From contig OY968762.1 in the NCBI GenBank assembly GCA_963695225.1, positions 2,688,001 to 2,752,000 of the forward strand: DNA of 64,000 nt, read 5' to 3'. This DNA is from Vulcanimicrobiota bacterium (GTDB lineage Bacteria > Vulcanimicrobiota > Vulcanimicrobiia > Vulcanimicrobiales > Vulcanimicrobiaceae). Below the pieces are notes generated by a model that was not told the origin of the DNA, made no database searches, and saw nothing but the letters and a program-made list of their open reading frames with translations. Positions 20,728 to 28,301 of the stretch are shown here, in pieces; the stretch's first letter is position 1; every line of letters begins with the position of its first letter. Position numbers and translations under genes: made by a program.

Positions 20728-21059
20728 AGGCCTCCTATGTTGAAGGGGTCGCCGGCCTTGGAGCGCGTGAAAAGGGGCTGTGACCGAGTTGCCAGCACGT
20801 TTCCCCGCGCCCGTTCGGGCGGCGGTCGGCCTTAGCTCGCTTGCCTCCGGTAAAAGCGGCAAGTGAGGGCCGATTTGCGACTTTTTTCGGCGAGGAACGA
20901 ATCCCTGCCGCACGAGGCCGCCTTCGGCAGGTGCGGTCATCCCCCCGGCGTACACAAAGCCGCCAGCGCCGAGTGAACTCGGCCTGGGGGATTTCGTCAT
21001 ATAGCGTCATCCTTCATCAAACCTCGTCATACACACGTCGACGTGTTGGAGGTCGTACT

Positions 21060-22295
21060 TTGGATTTTCAGAAAATTGGGCGCCGGGCTTTCGCGGTAGG
21101 CCTAGCCGCGGGTTTCTCGGCGTTGACCCTTGCCGGGAGCGCCGGAACGGCGTTCGCGGCCGATAAAGTCATCAAGATCGGTATCAGTTTGCCGGTCAGC
21201 GGCGCGGAAACGACGCAAGGCGTCCCGACGCGCAACGGCGCCGTGCTCGCGATCGAAGAGGCAAACGCCGCGGCGGTGCCGGGCGGATTCAAGTTCGCCG
21301 CGTTCGATCTCGACGATGCCGTGCAGGGCGTGCACGATCCGGCGCAAGGCGCGCAGAACGTGAAGACGTTCGTCGCGGATGCGGCGGTCGTCGGCATGGT
21401 CGGTCCGTTCAATTCGAACGTCGCCAAGGCCGAGATCCCCGTTTCGAACGACGCGGGCCTCGTCATGATCAGCCCCGCGAACACGAACCCGACGCTGACG
21501 AAGGGCGACGACGCGAAGAAGCTGCGCCCCTCGCACCCGGACGTTAACAACTACTTCCGCGTTTGCACGACCGACGATAAGCAGGGCGCGGCCGGCGCGA
21601 ACTTCGCGAAGTCCCTCGGTTACAAGAACATCTTCGTCATCGACGACAACGAAACGTACGGCAAGGGTCTCGCCGACATCTTCGAAGCGGACTTCAAGAA
21701 AGAAGGCGGCACGATCCTCGGGCACGAGCACGTGACGAAGGGGCAGCAAGACTTCAAGGCGCTGCTCACCAAGATCAAGAGTTCGAATCCCGATGCGATC
21801 TTCTTCGGCGGCGTTACCGCGAGCGGCGGCGGCTTGATCCGCAAGCAGATGGCGGACGTCGGGATGGACAAGGTCGCCTACTTCGGCGGCGACGGGATCA
21901 GCGACGACGAGTTCATCAAGATCACGGGTCCGATGGCCGACGGTTCGTACTACACGGTCGCCGCTCCCGAAACGACGAAGCTTCCTTCGGCGAAGCCGTT
22001 CATCGCGGCGTACAAGAAGCGTTGGGGCACCGACGTCGGTCCGTATAGCGCGAACGCCTACTCCGCGGCCAAGATCATCATCGCCGCGTCGCTCAAGGCA
22101 CTCAAGGACAACGGCGGCAAGCAGCCGACCCGCGCCGAAGTGCTCAAGAACGTCCAGGCGACGAGCCTCGATACCCCGATCGGCCATGTCGGGTTCGACG
22201 CGAACGGCGACACGACCGCGCCGATCCTGAGCCTCTACTCGATCAAGGGCGGTAAGGCCGTCTTCGTTAACCAGATCAACCTCGCCGGCAAGTAG
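21060..22295 (+). CDS. livK: Branched-chain amino acid ABC substrate-binding protein (LivJ/K-like)
   Basis: GPFNS, ISPANT, YFRVC, YGKGLA; TTG 21060 after GGAGG. Confidence 0.85.
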   Translation: MDFQKIGRRAFAVGLAAGFSALTLAGSAGTAFAADKVIKIGISLPVSGAETTQGVPTRNGAVLAIEEANAAAVPGGFKFAAFDLDDAVQGVHDPAQGAQNVKTFVADAAVVGMVGPFNSNVAKAEIPVSNDAGLVMISPANTNPTLTKGDDAKKLRPSHPDVNNYFRVCTTDDKQGAAGANFAKSLGYKNIFVIDDNETYGKGLADIFEADFKKEGGTILGHEHVTKGQQDFKALLTKIKSSNPDAIFFGGVTASGGGLIRKQMADVGMDKVAYFGGDGISDDEFIKITGPMADGSYYTVAAPETTKLPSAKPFIAAYKKRWGTDVGPYSANAYSAAKIIIAASLKALKDNGGKQPTRAEVLKNVQATSLDTPIGHVGFDANGDTTAPILSLYSIKGGKAVFVNQINLAGK

Positions 22296-22322
22296 CCCGG
22301 AAACCGAGCGGAAGGCGGCGTC

Positions 22323-23234
22323 GTGGAGATTCTTTTTCAGCAGCTCGTCAACGGGCTGTCGCTGGGGGCGATCTATGCCTTGATCGCCCTCGGTTACACG
22401 ATGGTCTACGGGATCATCGAGCTGATCAATTTCGCACACGGCGACGTCTATACGCTCGGCTCGTTCTTCTCGCTCATGATCCTCGGGCTCATGGGCGTAT
22501 CGACGACGTTGCACGGCGCCCCACTCGTGGGCGTCGTGCTCGTCACGGTCCTCGGGGCGATGATCCTGTGCGGGATCGTCGGCGTCCTGATCGAGCGCCT
22601 CGCGTACCGGCGGCTGCGCAACGCGCCGCGGCTGGCCCCGTTGATCACGGCGATCGGCGTCTCTTTCATTTTAGAGAACGTGATGCAGCTCTGGCGGGGG
22701 CCGTCGCCGGTGAACTTCCCCGATATCATTCCAAATCCGTACATCCATATGGGCAACGTCGGCATTGCGACCAAGCAGATCATCGTCGTCGTCCTGGCGA
22801 TCGTGATGATGATCGCACTGCAGACGTTCGTGCAAAACACGAAGATGGGCAAGGCGATGCGCGCGACGGCGCAGGATCGCGATGCCGCTCAGCTGATGGG
22901 CATCAACATCAACACGACGATCGCGCTGACGTTCTTGATCGGCAGCGCGCTCGCGGGCGCGGCCGGTTTCGTCAGCGGCATCTACTATGGTTCGACCTGG
23001 TTCTTCAACGGCTTCTCGGCCGGTCTCAAAGCCTTCACGGCGGCGGTGCTGGGCGGAATCGGGAACATCGCGGGCGCGATGCTCGGCGGCTTCCTGATCG
23101 GCCTCATCGAAGCGTTCACGACGCAGTTCATCTCGGATCAATGGAGCAACGTCGTGGTCTTTTCGGTGCTCGTGCTCGTGTTGATCTTCCGTCCCTCGGG
23201 GCTGCTCGGCGAGCAGCTTCCGGACAAGGTGTGA
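22323..23234 (+). CDS. livH: Branched-chain amino acid ABC permease
   Basis: GYTMVYGIIELINFAHG, KAFTAAVLGGIG. Confidence 0.92.
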   Translation: MEILFQQLVNGLSLGAIYALIALGYTMVYGIIELINFAHGDVYTLGSFFSLMILGLMGVSTTLHGAPLVGVVLVTVLGAMILCGIVGVLIERLAYRRLRNAPRLAPLITAIGVSFILENVMQLWRGPSPVNFPDIIPNPYIHMGNVGIATKQIIVVVLAIVMMIALQTFVQNTKMGKAMRATAQDRDAAQLMGININTTIALTFLIGSALAGAAGFVSGIYYGSTWFFNGFSAGLKAFTAAVLGGIGNIAGAMLGGFLIGLIEAFTTQFISDQWSNVVVFSVLVLVLIFRPSGLLGEQLPDKV

Positions 23235-23237
23235 TCC

Positions 23238-24251
23238 GTGCACGACCGGCGTAAACTGCTCCCGTTTCTGCCCGTTCTCCTCATCCCGCTCATCCCGCTC
23301 TTCGACAAGAACATCTCCCATATCAATTTCCTGGCCGACGCGGGCGCGTACATGCTTCTGGCGCTCGGCTTGAACATCGTCGTCGGTTATGCGGGACTGC
23401 TCGATCTGGGATACGCGGCGTTCTTCGCGATCGGCTCTTACAGCTATGCGATGCTCGCGAGCTCGCAGTTCAACATCCACATACCTTTTTGGGTGATGCT
23501 GTTCGTCGCCTCGGGAATCGCGGCCGTCTTCGGGATCCTGCTCGGCGCGCCGACGCTGCGGCTGCGCGGCGACTACCTGGCGATCGTCACGCTCGGCTTC
23601 GGTGAGATCGTTCCGCAGACGTTCTTGAATCTATCCGATTATACGAATGGTCCGAACGGGATCAGTCCGCTGGATCAGCCCTCGTTCTTCGGACATGCGT
23701 TCGGCTTCAATCCGGTTCCGTACTTCTACGTGATGCTCGGGTTGATAACGTTCGCGCTCTGGATCTCGACCAACTTGCGCAGCAGCCGTCTCGGCCGCGC
23801 CTGGATGGCGATCCGCGAAGACGAACTGGCCGCGCGCCACATGGGCATCAACACGACGTTCACGAAGCTCTCGGCCTTCGCGCTCGGCGCTTCGTTCAGC
23901 GGGCTGGCGGGAGTCGCTTACGCCTCGAAGCTGCAACTGGTCGGGCCGGACCAGTTCTCGTTCAGCGTCAGCATCCTCGTGCTCTCGATGCTCGTGCTCG
24001 GCGGGATGGGAAACCTTCTCGGCGTCGTCGTCGGCAGCTTCACGCTCTCGTTGCTCAACAACTTCATCTTGCCTCAGGCGACGAACCTCGCGCACGACAT
24101 TCTGCACGTGAACGTCGACTTCACGCTGTACCGCTTCATGCTGTACGGCGCGATTCTCGTGATGATCATGCTGTTCCGGCCCGAAGGACTCATCGCGAAC
24201 AAGCAACGTGCGGAGGAATTGCACGGCGGAACGGTCGTGGAACCGATCTGA
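23238..24251 (+). CDS. livM: Branched-chain amino acid ABC permease
   Basis: GLNIVVGYAGLLDLG, LRLRGDYLAIVTLGFGE. Confidence 0.92.
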   Translation: MHDRRKLLPFLPVLLIPLIPLFDKNISHINFLADAGAYMLLALGLNIVVGYAGLLDLGYAAFFAIGSYSYAMLASSQFNIHIPFWVMLFVASGIAAVFGILLGAPTLRLRGDYLAIVTLGFGEIVPQTFLNLSDYTNGPNGISPLDQPSFFGHAFGFNPVPYFYVMLGLITFALWISTNLRSSRLGRAWMAIREDELAARHMGINTTFTKLSAFALGASFSGLAGVAYASKLQLVGPDQFSFSVSILVLSMLVLGGMGNLLGVVVGSFTLSLLNNFILPQATNLAHDILHVNVDFTLYRFMLYGAILVMIMLFRPEGLIANKQRAEELHGGTVVEPI

Positions 24252-25021
24252 TGGCATTCTTCGAACTCAAGAACGTCACGAAGGCCTTCGGCGGGCTCGT
24301 TGCCGTCAACGACGTCTCGTATTCGGTCGAGAAGGGGAGCATCGTCGCGATGATCGGGCCGAATGGCGCCGGCAAGTCGACGGTCTTCAACCTGATCACG
24401 GGCGTCTACCAACCAACGGGCGGTTCGATCACGCTCGAGGGCGAGAGCCTGGCGGGTTTGATCACCGATCGCGTCACGGCGCGGGGCATCGCGCGGACAT
24501 TCCAGAACATCCGGCTCTTCGCCGCGATGTCGGCTATCGAGAACGTCATAACCGGCTGTCACGTTCGCATGCATTCGAATCTCGTCGATTCGCTGCTTCA
24601 CACGCCGCGCCAGCGGAAAGAGGAGAAGAAGTATCGCGAGCGCGCCCGCGAACTGCTGGAATTCGTGAACCTCTCGCGCGACGCGGAGAACGAGGCTCGC
24701 AATCTCCCGTACGGCAGCCAGCGCCGGCTCGAGATCGCGCGCGCGCTCGGAAGCGATCCGAAGCTGTTGCTGTTGGACGAGCCGGCCGCCGGCATGAACC
24801 CGCGCGAGAAGGAAGATCTGATCGGTCTGATCCGGCGCATCCGCGGGATCGGCGTGACCGTGTTCCTGATAGAACACGATATGGCGCTCGTAATGTCGAT
24901 CAGCGAGCGAATCGCCGTGCTCGACCACGGGGAGAAGATCGCGGAGGGAACGCCTGCCGAGATCCGTTCGAACGAGAAAGTGATCGAGGCGTATCTGGGC
25001 AAGCCGGAGGATGCGGCGTAG
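24251..25021 (+). CDS. livG: Branched-chain amino acid ABC ATPase
   Basis: GPNGAGKST, ARTFQNIRLF, LPYG, LDEPAAGMN. Confidence 0.92.
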   Translation: MAFFELKNVTKAFGGLVAVNDVSYSVEKGSIVAMIGPNGAGKSTVFNLITGVYQPTGGSITLEGESLAGLITDRVTARGIARTFQNIRLFAAMSAIENVITGCHVRMHSNLVDSLLHTPRQRKEEKKYRERARELLEFVNLSRDAENEARNLPYGSQRRLEIARALGSDPKLLLLDEPAAGMNPREKEDLIGLIRRIRGIGVTVFLIEHDMALVMSISERIAVLDHGEKIAEGTPAEIRSNEKVIEAYLGKPEDAA

Positions 25022-25737
25022 TGGCGCTTCTGGAAATCAAAGGGCTCGACGCGTCGTACGGGCGCATCCGGGCGTTGCAAGACGTGACGCTGCACGTCGA
25101 ACAGGGTGAGATCGTCACCCTGATCGGCGCGAACGGCGCCGGGAAGACGACGACGCTGCGCTCGATCAGCGGATTGATCCGGCCGACGAAGGGGACGATC
25201 CGCTTCGACGGTCAGGATCTGCTCAAGCTCTCCCCCGATGAGGTGGTCAAGGCCGGCATCAGCCATTCGCCGGAAGGGCGGCGCGTCTTCGCGCGCATGA
25301 CCGTCCGCGAAAATCTCGAGCTCGGCGCGTTCACGCGCACGTCGAAGGCCGAGATCGAGGAAGATTTCGAGCGCGTCTACACGACCTTCCCGCGCCTACG
25401 TGAACGCATGCTCCAGAAAGCGGGCACGCTCTCGGGCGGCGAGCAGCAAATGCTCGCAATCGGGCGCGCGCTGATGTCGCGGCCGCGGGTGCTGTTGCTC
25501 GACGAGCCCTCGCTCGGCCTCTCGCCGATCCTCGTTCAGACGATCTTCAAAGTGATCAAGGACATCAACAAGAACGGGACGACCGTGTTGCTGATCGAGC
25601 AGAACGCGCGGCAAGCCCTTTCGATCGCCTCGCGCGGTTACGTGCTCGAAGTGGGGAAGATCGCCTTCGCGGATTCCGCAAAGAACCTGATGTCGAGCGA
25701 AGCCGTGCGCGCAGCCTACCTCGGCGGCGCCGCTTAA
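25021..25737 (+). CDS. livF: Branched-chain amino acid ABC ATPase
   Basis: GTG overlaps the livG stop; GANGAGKTT, PEGRRVF, LSGGEQQML. Confidence 0.92.
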   Translation: MALLEIKGLDASYGRIRALQDVTLHVEQGEIVTLIGANGAGKTTTLRSISGLIRPTKGTIRFDGQDLLKLSPDEVVKAGISHSPEGRRVFARMTVRENLELGAFTRTSKAEIEEDFERVYTTFPRLRERMLQKAGTLSGGEQQMLAIGRALMSRPRVLLLDEPSLGLSPILVQTIFKVIKDINKNGTTVLLIEQNARQALSIASRGYVLEVGKIAFADSAKNLMSSEAVRAAYLGGAA

Positions 25738-25840
25738 CCGACACCAACCCCGGCCATCTTCATCCGCTTCCACGTGGCCCTCGGGGCAATGGGGCACTGA
25801 GGTGAAAGCACGCTAACCCCAAGCGTGACTATCGAACGCA

Positions 25841-25927
25841 GGCAGCGTCCGGGGGGGCGGGGCTCCTCCGCGGGGAGCGCAGCTTGCCCGCGGAGCCACG
25901 ATGGCGGGAGCGGGCAAGTGAACTAGT
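25841..25927 (-). repeat. Palindromic element copy B, half 1 (interrupted by gene cassette)
   Basis: ggcagcgtcc...ccgcggggagcgcagcttgcccgcggagccacgatggcgggagcgggcaagtgaactagt aligns with the first half of intact copy D (60540-60628). Confidence 0.85.
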
Positions 25928-26909
25928 CCCATTCTTGAGGGGACCCCGATCTTGTCGAAAGGTCCAGCTCCCATGTCTGGCCGACGAGTTCGGGACCCCA
26001 GCTGTCGTGCCGTTGCTCCTCGACGAGGTGAAAGCCGGCCTCTTCATAAATGCGGCGCGCCGCGCGCAAGACGTCGTTCGTCCAGAGCGTGATCTTCGCG
26101 TACCCGGCGCGCCGCGCGAAGCTGATGCACTCTTCGACCAAACGCCGGCCGATACCGAGCCCCCGCGCCGAAGGCTCGACGAGCAGTAGACGAAGCTTCG
26201 CCACCTCATCGGAGGCCTTGACGAGCGCGACCGAGCCGACGATTTCGCCTTCGCGCTCCGCGATCCAGCAGCGCTCGCGCTTGGGGTCGAAGTGCTCGAG
26301 GAACGATGCGGCGATCTGCGCGACGAGCGCCTCGAAGCGTTCGTCCCACCCGTACTCCTGCGAGTACAGCACGGCGTGCCGATGAACGATCCATCCCATG
26401 TCGCCGGGCTGATGCGGGCGAATGACGTAGGGAACGTTGGCCGCCGGCGGGTCGCCGAGCAAACGTTCGATCGCGTGCATCGCTTCGACCAGCCGGCGCT
26501 GCTCCTCGCCGGAGAGTTCGTTCAGCATGTGCACCGCCTCGTCGTGCGAGGCTCGCTGGAGGGGAGCAAACGTGTCGCGGCCGTGCGCGGTCAGCGAGAG
26601 CAGCATCTGCCGGCCGTCGGTCGCCGACGGCCTCTTTTCAACGAGCCTTCGTTGCTCGAAGCCGCGCAGGATGCGGCTCAAATAGCCGACGTCCACGCTC
26701 AGATCGCGGCCCAGTTCCGTGGCCGTGAGGTCATCGCGATGCGCGAGTTCGTAGAGCACGCGAACCTCGGTCAGCGAGAACGGGCTGCGCAAGAGCCCCT
26801 CCTGCAGCACGCCGATGCGCTTGGTGTAGAGGCGATTGAAGCGCCGCACCGTCTGGGCCCGCCGATCGACTTGGGAAGAACCGGCCGTCTTTTCGTTTGG
26901 CGCTTTCAT
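25923..26909 (-). CDS. Bifunctional MarR-HTH / GNAT acetyltransferase
   Basis: VRRFNRLYT..SLTEVRVLYEL..YLSRIL winged helix; LRLLLVEPSARGLGIG acetyl-CoA motif. Start taken at 26909 because the upstream ATGs overlap the operator-like palindrome. Confidence 0.88.
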   Translation of the reverse strand: MKAPNEKTAGSSQVDRRAQTVRRFNRLYTKRIGVLQEGLLRSPFSLTEVRVLYELAHRDDLTATELGRDLSVDVGYLSRILRGFEQRRLVEKRPSATDGRQMLLSLTAHGRDTFAPLQRASHDEAVHMLNELSGEEQRRLVEAMHAIERLLGDPPAANVPYVIRPHQPGDMGWIVHRHAVLYSQEYGWDERFEALVAQIAASFLEHFDPKRERCWIAEREGEIVGSVALVKASDEVAKLRLLLVEPSARGLGIGRRLVEECISFARRAGYAKITLWTNDVLRAARRIYEEAGFHLVEEQRHDSWGPELVGQTWELDLSTRSGSPQEWD

Positions 26910-26931
26910 AGCGCTGATAATCAAGCATTTA

Positions 26932-26946
26932 GTTGCCATAGTCAAC
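26932..26946. promoter_or_regulatory. Putative MarR operator (imperfect palindrome)
   Basis: gttgccatagtcaac (GTTG.C-N3-GTCAAC) in an AT-rich stretch just upstream of the MarR-GNAT gene. Confidence 0.5.
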
Positions 26947-26977
26947 CAAATGGGCAGAATGCTCTTGATGGCCTAAG

Positions 26978-27058
26978 CTAATAGCGAATTCGCATGGATG
27001 CGAATTCGCGGGCGTCCCCGCGGAGGAACCCCGCCCCGGCCCGGACGCGGGCCACGCG
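26978..27058 (-). repeat. Palindromic element copy B, half 2
   Basis: ctaatagcgaattcgcatggatgcgaattcgcgggcgtccccgcggaggaaccccgcccc...gggccacgcg aligns with the second half of copy D; its arm base-pairs with the arm of half 1. Confidence 0.85.
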
Positions 27059-27088
27059 AGAAGGCTATCCTTCGACGAAGCTGAGGAG

Positions 27089-28252
27089 CTAGCTCGACTT
27101 CACCTGCGCGCGCGTGAGGTGTTGCGCGCCGTAGACGGGGACGCCCCCGACGACCGTTGCGAGCACGTCGTACGCGGGGCTCCAGAGCGAAAGGTCGGCG
27201 CGCAGTCCCGGTGCGAGCCTGCCGCGCTCGTTCTCGATCCCGAGCATGCGGGCCGGCGTCGCCGTCGCGCTCACGATCGCCCGTTCGAAGGGGATCGAGG
27301 CGTACGACATCAGATTGCGAACCGCACGATCGCAGTGCAGCGCGCTGCCGGCGATCGTGCCGTCTTCGGAGCGGACGACGCCGCCTTCGACGCGATACCC
27401 GCTCCCGGTCGGCGCCATGTAGTCCGTGGCGAGGATCATCCGCTCGCCGAGCGTGCGATAGAGCAGATCGACCATCACCGGCGCGACGTGATACCCGTCG
27501 CAGATCAATTGCACGGTCGTACGCGGTTCTTGGATGAAAGCCGCCAGGATCGAGGGATCGCGATGATCGAGCGGGGGCATCGCGTTGAACGCGTGCGTCA
27601 GCGTGCGGAAGCCGACCCCGATCGCAAGCATCCCGTCGCGGTACTTGGCCGACGTGTGCCCGGCGGCGCAGACGATGCCCTGTTCGTAGAAGAAGCGGAC
27701 GACTTCGCTCGCGCCTTCGACCTCGGGCGCCATCGTAACCTCGACGAGCGCTCCGCGACAGGCGGCGATCATCTCCTTCGCACGCGCGACGCTCGCGCCG
27801 AGGATCCAGTCGCTGCGATGGACGCGACGGTACTTCGGGTTGACGAACGGCCCTTCGAAGTGGATCCCCAAGCACTGCGCGCCGCCGATCTCGTCTTGTT
27901 CGAGAAGCGCGTGCGCGGCCTCCGCGACTTCGCCTGCGGCGTGCAGCATCGATTCCCACGGCGCGGTCATGATCGTCGCGACGAATCCGGTCGTCCCTTG
28001 CGCGGCGTACGACTGCGCGGCGACTTCGACGGCGTTTCCTTGATCGCGGTTGAACAGGACGTCCCCGGCTCCGTTCGTGTGAACGTCGAGCATCCCGGGT
28101 GCGACGATCGTCCCCTCCGGGAGCGAGAAATCGCTGGGGCCGTCGGGTGGGAGGATTTGAGAGATCCGCCCCCCGTCGATCGCGAGGCGGCCGGAGCGGA
28201 CAGAACCGTCGCCGAGCGCTAGGAGCGCGGGGCCGAGAACGTAGGATTGCAC
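27089..28252 (-). CDS. nagA: N-acetylglucosamine-6-phosphate deacetylase
   Basis: PGMLDVHTNG, GIHFEGPF, MAPE, GHT, THAFNAM, DGYHV, TIAGS; GTG start at 28252. Confidence 0.88.
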   Translation of the reverse strand: MQSYVLGPALLALGDGSVRSGRLAIDGGRISQILPPDGPSDFSLPEGTIVAPGMLDVHTNGAGDVLFNRDQGNAVEVAAQSYAAQGTTGFVATIMTAPWESMLHAAGEVAEAAHALLEQDEIGGAQCLGIHFEGPFVNPKYRRVHRSDWILGASVARAKEMIAACRGALVEVTMAPEVEGASEVVRFFYEQGIVCAAGHTSAKYRDGMLAIGVGFRTLTHAFNAMPPLDHRDPSILAAFIQEPRTTVQLICDGYHVAPVMVDLLYRTLGERMILATDYMAPTGSGYRVEGGVVRSEDGTIAGSALHCDRAVRNLMSYASIPFERAIVSATATPARMLGIENERGRLAPGLRADLSLWSPAYDVLATVVGGVPVYGAQHLTRAQVKSS

Positions 28253-28301
28253 GAGGCGGGAGATTCGGGGTCGCGCGGAGCCGAACCTAGCCGCGCCCCC
28301 G

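Noticed and set aside
20780..20890. Possible c-di-GMP-I or SAM riboswitch upstream of the SLH-porin
   Set aside because: Only short fragments (cgcaaa, ctaa, ggcaac) resemble the consensus, and the required stem arrangement was not found.
20728..21059. N-terminal extensions in the ORF track for the SLH protein (to 21000) and LivK (from 20841); similar cases for nagA, the phosphomannomutase, btuF and nuoA/B/D/F/G/H/K/M
   Set aside because: Downstream starts with RBS, signal peptides or stop/start overlaps fit better. The extensions are low-complexity or overlap neighbouring genes.
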